Below the pieces are notes generated by a model. It saw nothing but the letters and a program-made list of their open reading frames with translations. It made no database searches and was not told the DNA's origin. DNA of 64,000 nucleotides from Pocillopora damicornis (taxonomy: Eukaryota): assembly GCF_003704095.1 (NCBI RefSeq), contig NW_020845546.1, positions 62,001-126,000 of the forward strand, written 5' to 3'. Positions within the stretch are counted from its first letter, which is position 1. Each line of letters opens with the position of its first letter. Positions 15,963-28,621 of the stretch are shown here, in pieces. Both the position numbers and the translations under genes were made by a program.

Positions 15963-18201
15963 CGGTACTGTTCTTCTACAGCCGCAGATGTTGTTGGAAA
16001 TAGAACCTGTATAAAATTGTGCTTTAGGAATATTCATTAATATCTGAGTGGATTGGTCACACACAGCCAGGTGCTACAATACCCAATTATGGCTCCTCAT
16101 AGGCTTAATTCCCTTGCCCCAGTTCAACTTAATTTAAGAATATTTTGACGTCTAAAATTGGTTGGCCATATAGACGATTGATAGTAAAAATCGTGCAATT
16201 TTTTTTTTACCTCGCAAGAGTCATGATGATAGTTTTTCAGCCATTTGACGGATTAACATCCTATACCGCAAAAATTTCCCCAGTCCGAGTCATTGGACGG
16301 ATTCTATCAGTCGGTGAAATAGGTGGTTCTTTTCGGTTCGGCTGTCATGAGTGAAATGTTTGTAAGGAGCCGATAGTTGTTATCTTTTGATAGAGGTCTA
16401 TTCTAAATGGAAACACCACTGAGCTATCTATAGTCAGTCGACGAGAGCAGTTTGTACTGGACTTTAAACATTATGTAGAGTCCAATAGTCAAAAGTGTAG
16501 TTTGTGAGTCGATGATGATCGTTGTGTCATTGTTAGCCATTAATTGTGTTAAGGTTTACCCAGTTTCTCTGATGTAGACAAACGGCTTACGCGCTGAACG
16601 ATAGGCAGTTGACCTCGTAATCCTCTCTCTTTCTCTTATTTGATGCGTCCATGTCTTTTAAGTTTATTACAATAGCAAATGTCGTAACAGTGGTGTGCGA
16701 TTGCATTACATCGAGAGAGCGGATGTTACAGTGTTGTATGATCCGTGTAAAAGTGCATTTCGTACGTGCCTTGATCGATAGGTGCGCTACGTATTGTTCG
16801 CCTCCAATCATGGTGACAACCAGCTCTGCAACATTTTTGGCTTGTTTGAAACCTTGCCTCTGTGTTGACTGCTCGCTTCATTTATTTTTTTGGCACAACT
16901 TTCTCTACTGTTTTAAACACACCCAGGTTCAGGTCAACGCATCAATCCATTCGTGACCTACAGTTGGCCTAAAACGTCTTAATTTCGTGTTCCACTCACT
17001 TCCAGGCTGGCTGCGCACGTCACCACGAGTCAATCGCTCCAAAAGCAGCATAATTAGCATAAATAGTTTCTTGATCAAGGAGTTCGTTGTTGGAAGGATC
17101 TTTTGTTAGTTTTTATTGGCAAAGTGAGGAGGGAAGCACCAGCTGAATATCGTTTGAGGTAACAGAAGCTGTTGTGTTTCATAAATCATAAACATACCTA
17201 GAGTTATATCATAAACAGCTTCATTATGTATTTGTGATACGCACCTTACATAGTGATAGTGAATAGGCTTTAACTCGAGCGCTTTCAATTTCGAAACGAA
17301 TCATTCCGGCGTTTTCGAAGCTCGATCTTTCGTTCGAAGTCTAAACTTTTGCCTCTTCAAGTACTTATGGAGATCGCCCGCTATGATACGTGATCCAATT
17401 AACAAATATCGCGCACTAAGGAAGCGTATAAGTTAATTTGGTTTCGATATCTTACAGTTACGCTCCTGCCGTCAAAAGCATTCACTGGTCATGCTTAGCT
17501 GAGCACCTGATGCAAAAATCTACGCAGGATATCGGTAATCAGTGCACGAGTTCTTGGATTTGTTACAAATGGAACGAATTGAAGGAGTAAGTAGTTCATA
17601 AACTGATCGAGAACCTTAAGTTTAAAAACAATGCTCGGAAAGGGTCCGTTCCGCATTCGAGCCAAACTGCGAAAGTTGCGACAGATGAAGCGACGATATC
17701 TAGGAGAATGTCTTTCGATAGCATACTTTTTATATCGTGCTGTCAAAGATCAACGGAAAAACCTTAAATCGACATCACAAGTTTGGAAGCTGATCGTCTT
17801 CTGTAGTTACAATCATCTTATTTGTGCCCTGGATTCGTGTTTCATTTGATTTTTTTTTTGTTTTTTTTTTTCATGTCTACGACATGTCACACAACGAACG
17901 TGGTAACTTATGACCATTAGTTCATTGAGTGAAGCTTACGAGACAAAACAAAAAATCAAAACAGAACAACCAATCAATCAAACAGACGAAGCATGCTCAG
18001 CGAGAGCCCGCGAAAAATTTCTTCCTTGTCGAAAACGTGAAAAGCCTGTACCTGTACTTTCTTATTAAGTTACGGTTTATTCAAACTCTACGTGTGGTTG
18101 TATAAGAAATTTCCATGAAATGAGTGTGGAACCGGAGATTATGGTTGTTTTATTTTCACCGCTATGGTGAAAAATCATGCTGGTATGATGTAAAATCGCA
18201 A

Positions 18202-18345
18202 GGAGGGGGATGGTACTACTTCACTTTTGTCTGAGGGGAGGGGATGGTACTACTTCACTGTTGTCTGAGGGGAGGGGATGGTACTCCTTCGCCGTTGTCT
18301 TGGGGAAAGGGATGGTATTACTCCATTGTTGTCTTGGGGTAGGGG
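18202..18345. repeat. G-rich minisatellite, 34 bp, 4 copies
   Basis: Unit GGGGATGGTACTACTTCACTGTTGTCTGAGGGGA; the ATG recurs at 18210, 18244, 18278 and 18312. Confidence 0.9.
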
Positions 18346-19012
18346 TGAGGAGAGAGGAGGGAGACAAGCAGGGTGAAGAGCAACCCGGAAAGTTGCTCTA
18401 GCATCTCTAAATGATAGGCGGTTCAGTGATCAATTTATTCGGTGTACAGGTCTGATTTTTTTTCATAGCATCTCTGCATTACATATGTAGTTATCCTTGG
18501 TTTGCACTTTATGTCATAAAAATCCAAAATCCAAAATAACAAGGGCTATACAACAGTTTTACCTCCGGAAGACAAAAGACCCCGTAAACATTCACCTTTT
18601 GGTAAGGTTATACCCTCGTGAGGTTCTCCATTTTGGAAATAGATGCATCAGGTCTAATTCGTAATTTTTCTTCACTTGACATTGAAATAGCAGCCTGGAA
18701 AGCTGATCTGAATGTAAAATGTAAATTTCATCGTGTGAAATTTTGTTCCCTGAGCATTAGAAACATTAAAAAGTCTGTTTAAATAAATTCTGAATAAATG
18801 TTCGCAAGTCCACAGTGGTAAGTTGTCTAGACCTGTACAACAATGTCTCGCCACTCGTATCTAGATGGTTCTATTTGGATGTTGTAGGTATTCAGTTCTG
18901 AATTTACCACCTCTTGGTGACGTGATGTTGAGGCATGTCACAGCATTGATTATGCTCAACAAGACTGAAAAGAAAAAAACATTAGTTTAGTGTGTCGAAA
19001 GTAAACTAAAAT

Positions 19013-19735
19013 TAGGATATGGCAAATGGAGAATGAGGAATGGTGAATGGGAAATGGGGAATGAGATAATGAAATGGGATAATGAAGTGGGATAATGAAA
19101 TGGGAAATTGAAAATAGGAAATTGAATTTTTTTTAAAATTTTTCCCTTAGTTTTATTGTTAATAGTGAGGAACAAATGTTTTTCATTCATATCCACGTTC
19201 TCTTTCTCAAAACATTTACGGGCAAAATTCAAGGAACGAAATAAGTTAACTATAGGGAAAAAAGTGAGCTTGGATGAACAGACAATGTTCAAGGACAAAT
19301 ATACGAGAATATGTTCACGTAAAATAGAGGCTATTGTGTTTCATGTAGTTCAAATATTTTGCAATGCGTGTGAAAAAATGGTTACGAACAGCTTACTGTT
19401 TTCTGTGTGCGATGTGATAAACAAATACATTCCTGAAGTGTCAAGTATCACTTCTTTCGTTGCCGGTCATCAATTTATTTATTTCATTCCTCAGATTTTG
19501 CCTTTGAACCTTTTTAAAAGAAAGCGTGGATATCTGACAAATATCCATTCTGCATAATAAACATAAAGTCGAAAAAAAATGATTTCCTATCTTCAATTTT
19601 TCATTTCATTTTCCTTTTCCCCAATCCTCATTTTTCGTTTTCCGTTCTCCAGTTCTCATTCCCCGTTCCCAATTATTTATTCCTGATTCTCCATTCCTGA
19701 TTTTCCATTCTCGATTCTCCATTCCAATTCTTAGA
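19013..19735. mobile_element. Foldback-like element with low-complexity inverted arms
   Basis: Left arm of GAATGGGAAATGG-type units (about 19015-19125) is mirrored by TTCCCATTC/TTCTCCATTCC units (about 19590-19735); internal ATATCCACG/CGTGGATAT inverted pair. Confidence 0.55.
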
Positions 19736-21120
19736 CTTCGCTAAAAGGGAGGGACAGCTTGTAGTATAATTTTTCATAAATTATCTCGTGTCTTTGAATT
19801 TTCCCTTTGTTTGTCCTAGTAGGAGTCCAAGATTAATTTACCTCCTGTCAGCCCCCGCTAAAGCTCCGCATAATTTCATTCATGATCTCGATCTAAATAA
19901 TTCAAACTTTGACGATAATTCTTGCGGTGCCAATCTCATTGTCCATGATAATCCAGCTTTTTGATATTCAAATATTCAACATGTTAAACAGCTTAAGATG
20001 TGTCGAGCGGGTACGCTGTTTTATAACATATTTAGAGGTATCGACGGCGTCATCAAGTTACAAACGGTTATTTTCGTTAAATCAACAAATTTCAGCAGCT
20101 AATGTACGGTTGATTTTTACAGGAAAAGAAGATACAGATTTTCTCTCTCGCGTGTTGAAAACTGCAGGTGAGTTGAATGTCTAACTCATATGTTTTAATG
20201 CGGACCAAGGCTCCGTCTTTTGGTTTTAATTTACAACTAACAGCTTTTTTGGCTTTTTATTTCTTGACGTAACATATCCTCCTGTAAACTAAACCATTTT
20301 ATCAGACATGGGTAATTCGTATTGGGTGAGAGGTAATTTTATGTCAATATTTTGGTGGTATGTTTACATTTGAGTGTTCGAAATTCACTGGCTTGTTACT
20401 AAGGTCTCGCTTATCCGTCCGTCTGAAATGTGCACCGTCGGACAACAACGTAGTCGGTCTATAATATTCGCTGAGGTGTAACACAGGGATTCCGGCTGAT
20501 TTCAAGTTTCGTTTTGCAGCCGCTTAAAAGAAGAAAATTATCTAATGTAACCGAAACCAGACCAAAGTACAATGACGATTACAAATGAGTTCCTCACGTT
20601 CGCTTCACCAACGAGTTTTATTCGTTTTTTACGTATCGACGCATCATAGGACTTGATAAAAGTTTTATTTTGACAGATGGAAGTTTATCGTCCACGTCTT
20701 TGTGCGAAGTTACTTATAAAATATATACTGACTTCACTCGCATTAAATCCAAAACAATTTTAAGTCACAAAATTGTTGTGTTAATGATGACAAATACAGT
20801 GGACACCATAACTTCAACTTAAAATATTTGTGTTATTCATATGATTTAGAATAATTTTTGAAATTAATCATATACAGAAACCGATAGATTTAGTAAATAT
20901 GCGCAACCTAATTGTTTTGTACCTCAGAAGACGCGTGATTAACTAACACCAAACAAACTAGCATTTGCTTGAACTTTTCTGAAAATGTCTCGCCTGAAAT
21001 AGCCAAAAGTGTTGACACAATTCAGTAGGAATATATAGTTTTTGGTCGAAGGCGATATGACAATTGGTTTAACGTGATTTAACGATTTCCATGATGCACT
21101 GTTTTCCGAAGTCATCTTTT

Positions 21121-21450
21121 AAACAATTGTTGGATTAGGTTTTTGTGATATCCAAAATAATTAAGGTTGAGGTAGGGCCAAAGGCTTCAGCTGACAACCC
21201 CTACCTTCATCGACCTTGGTTATTCTGACTATCACTAAAACCGAATCTAATAATTGTTGTATTATACATTGAAAGAAAAAAAGAATGGTCACGACAATAA
21301 GTTGAACTGATCATTTATTACTAAACGAATAACAATATGCAAATCATAAAGCAACACAAGGCGCGCGAACTTGACATGATTACCCTTAAAAATCATGCAC
21401 CGCAGTCATACATGACATGATTGCCTGTGACATTGAGTGTCCTTGACGCC
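21121..21450. mobile_element. Hairpin-headed repeat
   Basis: AACAATTGTTGGATTAGGTTTTTGTGATA...AAGGTTGAGGTAGGG pairs with CCCTACCTT...CCTTGGTTATT...TATCACTAAAACCGAATCTAATAATTGTT (21121-21258), followed by TGACATGATT direct repeats. Confidence 0.65.
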
Positions 21451-24400
21451 TGCTCATCCTTTTATCGCTTTCCTTAGTAGTCAGTAAATAAAATCTTCTT
21501 GCCACAACGTTTTCGGTAATGATATATAGCATATGAATCTTGCATATTTGTCGATTCTAATGATTAAGAAATTGAGTTGAGACTTTACAACTTACAAATT
21601 CTGTAAATTAAGCCCATCCTTTCACCGACAAAAACTTTAATCGGTCTTATAAGCAGGCGCTTTTATTTCGGTATGAGATTATTTTCGGCCTTTTTTTTAT
21701 TTCGGTTTCAGACCATTTCCGACCTGGGTGACGCGCTGTCCCAATTTCGGTTTATTTAATCTTGTGAAAGTATGGCACATCTCGCTTCAGCTGCCTTCCT
21801 TATTCCCTAAATAAGTAAGTCAACTTTCGTTGTTCTAAGGTTCTAATTTTTCTAAATTTGCTGTGAAAAACCGCTAATAATATTGATCAAGCTGTACGAT
21901 GAACTGTGAGATTTATTCGAGGTTCGAAAGACAATCACAGTTTCTATTAGTTCAAGTGTGTAATCCGCAGGCTTCTCATCATGGTATGAAACGTTTGATT
22001 TTCTTTCAGATATTTTTCATAAGAATTTTGCGACCTGCAATGTGTCAATGTCAATAGTTTTGAGGATTGTTTCAAAAGTGACATATACTTATGAATGAAA
22101 AGCTTTCAAAATTAGGCTTGTTCACCACAGGGAATGAGCTTAATGGCTCGCACTCTATCGATACTGTTTCTTCAGAAACTTACCCCTTTGGTAGTTTGCT
22201 GTTTAAGAAAGCTTTTGAGAGCTGTAAGGAAACTCTTCGGGTAGGTTTCTTGTGTTTTTTTTTTCGCTGTTTTTTTTATTTACAGATTCTGAATCAAATC
22301 TGAAGCTGTTCTCTTGATTCCTGAGCACTACTTAGCAACTTGCCTTGTTCAGATGTTTATCCCTAGCGTTAGGACAAAACTTCTGTTTGCTGGAGAGATG
22401 ATTTCCGAGGAACATCTGGTGTTGCGGCATAAACTTTTTAACTAAGTTGAGTAATCCAATGAGGGAAAAACACGTGCTTCCTTTGTGTTGAAAGTTTAGC
22501 TTTAGCCCTCTGGAGACTTGTCACGTTTGTCGGGCCTTGAAGTTTGACGATTGCGTGATATACCAATTGTAATTAGGATGATTTGCAAAAACGACTTGGA
22601 ATTTTCGCACATCGAAGCATTTATCCGAAGAAACAACCTTCAAGATTTTGCTTTTTAATTTTTTATATTTAACTTTGCTTTTTCTTTTTTTTTTTTTTAC
22701 CAAGTACGTGAACCAAAGATGAAACTTGATGACTCTCCAAACAGTTATCTGTCTCTTTGTTTAGCTTGACATTGTACTAAGAGCAAAAATTTATTTTTTT
22801 GCTCATTTTTTTAAAAAAAGATAACCGTTTTTCACTGATTTCATAAGCTGCAGGTGCGAATCACACACATAACTATCTAAAGATGTGAATAATGAAATAT
22901 ATCAAGAAGTAAAAGGCCTCCTTTCAGGTCTGGCCTTAGAAAAATTGCTCGTTTTATGAAAGCTTTTATGCTTTTAAAATTCTGTAACATTTACCCCTTT
23001 TAAAGGTTTTTCGATATGCATTTTCTAGTTGAAAATTAATCCTTGCGTAGTTCCTTGCCCCAACAGTCTCCAAGGAGTTAACGTAACTGTCAGTCTTACG
23101 ATTACGTATTGTATTTTTACTTTGTTATTTTTCCTGGCAAAAAAAGAAAAAACTTTGAAAACAAAAAACAAAAAGCAAGTTAATGACTTAACATTCGCAT
23201 TCAGTCAGAAGACAAAATTCTACGACAGAGTAGAACTGAAATGAAACGAGATTGAAATCTTGATTTAAATAACTAATTCAGTAGCTAATGTAACAGCTGT
23301 CATTAATACGTCGTTTGGATTTCAGTGGCAAACACAGATTTATTTGCACATTCAACCTCATTTTATTGTGGTTTTTTTCACTTTTCAGACGCTTAACACA
23401 GGAGATGGTGCTTTTGAGCTAACCCTTGATCCGAAAACGTTTAAGGAGAGTAGCAGTGCTCTGTCTGACGGTTTGATAGCCATCAGCGAGGGTTTTTGAG
23501 TGAACAAGTTCATACCCGTTACCAGTCATCTCAAACTCAAGGGAATTGCTGCAGTCAAATCGAAAACAAGGTAAACTTAAGCACTACACAGCTCTTTGGT
23601 TTGCTCTACTTGTTGCAAAGACAGAAAAGTTCTGCCTGGTTTACAACTCTAATTGAGATGGCGATTTTTCGATTCGTTAACTCTCCTCTCTAATGTTCCT
23701 TAGACAACGGTAATATTTGAATCTTTTTTTAACACTCACTGAGGTAAAAAACTGAGAAGTATGTGACACATTCGCATGCGAAACTCCAAACCTCACCCCA
23801 TTTTGCGATACGAACATGTTTGAGCTATCATTTTGCTGAAATTATGTGAAAATCGCCATATGTTTTTTTTTATTTTTGATTGATCAGCGCGATTCGTGAT
23901 GGTTAACCGACGTAGCTTCTGCTATATCAATTTCTTGCAACGTTACATTGCACATGCAGCTCCCTTGATCTGCCGTTTAGCTGCCACCCAAAGTCGATTC
24001 AATTTAAACTGAAGCCATGGAAACATTTAGTGGGAAGAGTTAACCACATCCTTATCTCACGGCGCTGTCTGTGAATACTTTTTAAGCTGATTGATATCTC
24101 AATTCAATGTTGGTTCGACCCAAAATATTGATTAATTGTTATGAAACGTTTTGATCCAAGAATTACAAAGTTTTCATCACAAACTCTTTATTTATTCCTT
24201 TCAAACCAAACAACCCTCTAAACGTAAGATACCAACAAAGACTCAAATGATGTCAAATCGTAATGAGATAAACGCTCTTTATTGTCGAGACGTTAAATGA
24301 TTAGTTCTGAAGGGAGATTCAACTAGCTTGTACCGTGCGGCTTCTCCGAGAAGAAAATGAACAATACACAGTTCGCCTTTGTCGGTTGATGTGTTATTTG

Positions 24401-27400
24401 AGGGGCCGCCAGAACGGACATTACGGGAAATATAAACATTTGTATATATTCTATGCGAGAAACAATCACCGAAAGATGTACGTCTAATGCCGATGGTCGC
24501 TCGTTGACGAGCTGAACTAGAATTAAATGCAGTGATTTTTTTACCCATTTTCGTTTAGTTTTTGTTCAGTAGATTGGGTGGTTATTGAGGTCAATTATGA
24601 GGGATTTGTCTGGGGAGGTACTGCCTTTAAACTCGGTTTCCTCCTGAGCGGTTATTAATCCTTTTTTTTTTTCAACTCGAACCTACGTACTCTCTCCTAT
24701 ACACTAATCAAGCTGAAGAAAATCCTAAAAGAGCTTCTTATCATAAAATTGTTGATTTTTTGGCTTGACCTTGCTAAAAGAACTCTCAAGAGATAATAGA
24801 ATACTTCTTTGATGAAAACTGCACTTGTCGAAAGAAACAAAAAAATTACCACAAATTGGCTGCGCTTCAGCAAGTCGAACTTAATATTTTTTAAACAAAA
24901 GAAGAACACCAAAGCAATTCCTCTTAGTGAAAAGAACCGCGAAATTATTGTTTAAACTAGTTGGTAGGAATCTTGCTGAGTACGTAGTCTAAATATATAA
25001 CAAACTTCCGAGGGAAAGGACAAATTGTCTCACGGACCAATCGTTTGAAAGGCGTCGTTAGAAATGATCCAAACAGGTGTTCTGTTGAACTGAATTTTAA
25101 TTGTTTCAATACAGCGGTATATCAGGCTCAAATTTTCTACGAATCTTCTGCTGTCTTCGGCACGAAACGAAGACCAGTTCGATAAACACCAGAAATTCTG
25201 AGGTTACTGAATATGCTGATCATGAGAATTTTCTTGGAAATACGTCAAACTGAAACCAGAAAATTTGAAGCGCTCCTTTAGCGGTGGGTAAAAGCGAATG
25301 TTTGAGGTTGACTAAACAGAACTCGATCATGCGGTCACGTTTTTAGTCGTTTTTGTGCATGCAAGCAGGTGAAGTAACTATATTTTACATTTAAGACATT
25401 TGCTATATATACATTTCTAAACCAGGCTGACCGAGAATTGCCCACCTCACAGGAATTATCTCAATTTTTCGTTACATTTCTTGCAAAGAATTAAAATTTT
25501 CGCTTCAGGCATATGCATATTCTGTTAGTATCTATGAAAATTTTGTTCGGTATTCTTTAATTCTGTCACGGAGAAATTTAGCTCGCTGTTAATACGTGAA
25601 AAAATTGTGTTTGAATGCATTATATTTAAATCAGAAAACAATATTTCTTTGAAATGGAAGAACAACCACCAAGGGCGGCCTATTGTGATCCTTGTAAAGA
25701 ATTAAACCAAGATTTGGAGATCGGAAAGGATGGCTTTTGAATTCATCTCGCAACAAAAAATTTCCAGTTGTCTCTGGAAAAAAATTATTCAACAACCAAA
25801 AAAAATTCAGTGTAAAAAAAAGGAAAAGGAACCCAGTTGTGTTCCATTTGTGTAACGAAGCCGGCCGTAATTATTACATGACACGGGTAAGACAAAATTG
25901 TAAAATTCTGCCTACTAATTCGTATTAATTATGGATCAAGGTCCGAGTGGATTAATTCTAGTAGAGTTTATCGGTTTCGTAACGCTTGTAACCACAAGAA
26001 AAAGATTTCGCTACAATTCGCTTTCAACATTTATTGTTTCAAAGAAGATTACATCGAATGTGGCGCTTTTGAATTTATTAAATATTTAAGTCAGACGGTG
26101 TTATATAGCGACTGAATCTCCAAACAGGTAGAATGTTATTGTGAATCCGATGGCCAGAATTAATTACTCTTTACTTGTTTGGAACGAGGTTAATCATTTG
26201 AGAGATGGATTTTGAATTCTTTTTTTTTTATTTCGAGAGTAATGTAGAACCTTCCAAATTTTGTGAACACAAAACGACACAGAATATTACGGTTTAAAAT
26301 AAATTTGAACTTTTACTCACACTTCACTGCGATTACTGTCAAGCGGATCACTGACATTGTTAGTTTTGTTTTTCGTTGTTTGTTTTTCTCAGTTTGCTTG
26401 CCGTCTTCTGGATTTTTCAGAAATAATTTATTAGTGCAAATGAGAAAAGACAAGCGTAGGGCTAGAAAAATTCTATCCGTTTAAATATTTTTTTCTATAA
26501 TATCAAGTTTACCAGGGTTTATTTGACAAAAGAGAAGTAAATTGGCCGCAGTACCAGCGCGTCGTTATGTGTAAGTAGTGTCCAAGCCACACTGTGCTTT
26601 GGAAGGAATGCTTTCATGCTATTTTCCCTTATCTCGTGGTACAACCAATTAAAATAAAACCGATAATTCACATGTAGGGGCCCGATATATCGCCGTGAAA
26701 AGGTTTCTTCTGGAAGAGTGGCACCTCGAACGAGGTTTTGTATATTTTACTTAACTTTGATCCAAAACTCTGCGTAAGAGTGCGAGTGAATAACTTTGGT
26801 ATAAGAGACGAATAATATATAAGAGTGTTAACAGCCAAATTAAATTTGATTTTGTAGAAAGGAAAAGGAACAGGAATGTTTTACTAAAAGGATTCATCAT
26901 TGGTGTTAATCACGATACCACTCAAGTGCTTCTTCTCGTTTTAACAGTTAAATCCCACACACCAAAATAATATCGTTATCTCTCGTACGCAGTCGGAATT
27001 TCAAAATGTACGTTTTGCAGACCTTTTCTTTTTCAACACTCGCTTTGTTACGTCTTTTGTAATATATTTAGAAGCCTTTAATTTGCATTAGCTCGGTTAA
27101 TGTTAAAGGGAATGTTTTTTGTAAAGGATAAATTTTGTCTGATAAATTAACGTTTTTATATATCGGTGGCTCCGACTTCAACAAAGTCTCAAGTCTTTAA
27201 CTTAAATTTAGTTCTTAAGGAGAGGAATAATACTCCAAGAAACAGTAATTTCTTTTTAAAACTCCAATTGTCGTTGCTTGATTTAAATGATATTCAGGCT
27301 AAGATGGATCCAAGTGCCTAATTTTTGACAATACTAGTACATTATTAGAGAGGGTGAAAGAGGATTTTGCGTGATGCAGGATTTAGTGGTTTTGATTTTC

Positions 27401-28621
27401 GTTATGTGTTATTTGTACTTTTTGATATGGGTGAAACTTGTGCCACACACTGCCCTCCCTACCCCCCTCAAAGTAGGAGAACAATTGAGACTTATCTCGT
27501 CTCGAATTTTCATATCACCTTCTTGTTCTTGAATATATAATGTGAGTGAATATTATGGCAACGCAAGAGATATGCGTTGAACCATTTAACGACTTTTTCA
27601 TAAAGTACAGCCAAAATAAACAGTGTGAGAGCATGCGATTTTAACAAAGCCATCGGTGGTTCTTAAGTGCTGTATACGTAATACTTGCTCTGTAGGAAAG
27701 AATTTTAATAAGCATCCTTTTGCTTTCACTTCTTTTCAAAAGGAAGAACTGCACATTTGATGAAAGCCAATGTTGACAAGCTTCTGAAGTTTTCCACTCA
27801 TTAAACAAAGTTTTCATTTGGTACTTAATTGTGATAGATTAAAAAAGAAGAATGGTGCGCCATCTTATTTTTAGCTTTAAATGAATTTCTGGTTTCGTTT
27901 CAATGGCAGTGGTTATCCATTGATGAATGGGATTAACAGATTAAATCAGCTTTCCTATGTTTTCTTTAATTAGCGCTCTTGTTCTTGTTTTTCATGTTTT
28001 GTCTTTCTGCCGATCGTTTCGAATTGGCTTTCGACGTGCTAACCGCTGTGGTGATAAGTGATAGTAATAACAGTGCAATTCAAAAAGCTCTGTTTCCAAC
28101 CCTTGCGGTTTTGTTATCAAAGAGCGGCTTTTTCAGAAAGCCTGGCTGTCTAATTGAAGCATTGCTGCTTTGTTTTCGAAGACTTGTTATAGTCCATCGC
28201 AAAGTATCGAATGCAGCAAGGGTTTTGACCGGATAATTTGTTAGCTTACACTGAAAATAGCTGATTCCAGTGATGGGTTGAAATTACGGTCATGCGACTT
28301 GGGAAACTAAAAAATTTACTCGTCTATTTGTCGGCCATTCAATTAACTAAGGAGATAAATAATGATGAACAACTGCTTGAATTTTTAATCTCATAGGATA
28401 GCTTGAATCTGTTATGGGATTGCCTAAGATTCAGGCGATTTTTCAAGTTATTTTTTAGTTCAACGTGTAGAAATATGAAATGAAATTTAATTTTCTACAC
28501 GTTATGGCTTAATGCGTGACGTTTAGTGTATTTCGTTTTGCAGACGTTCGAGTTCGAGGCAGACTGTTGAAACTTTCGCTCCTTGTCTGGATGTGTTGTA
28601 CAGCGAGTACTTTCCGCCGTT

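Noticed and set aside
19156-19557. 133-aa ORF as a transposase
   Set aside because: TTG start, lies within repeat sequence, and has no DDE, HTH or RT motifs.
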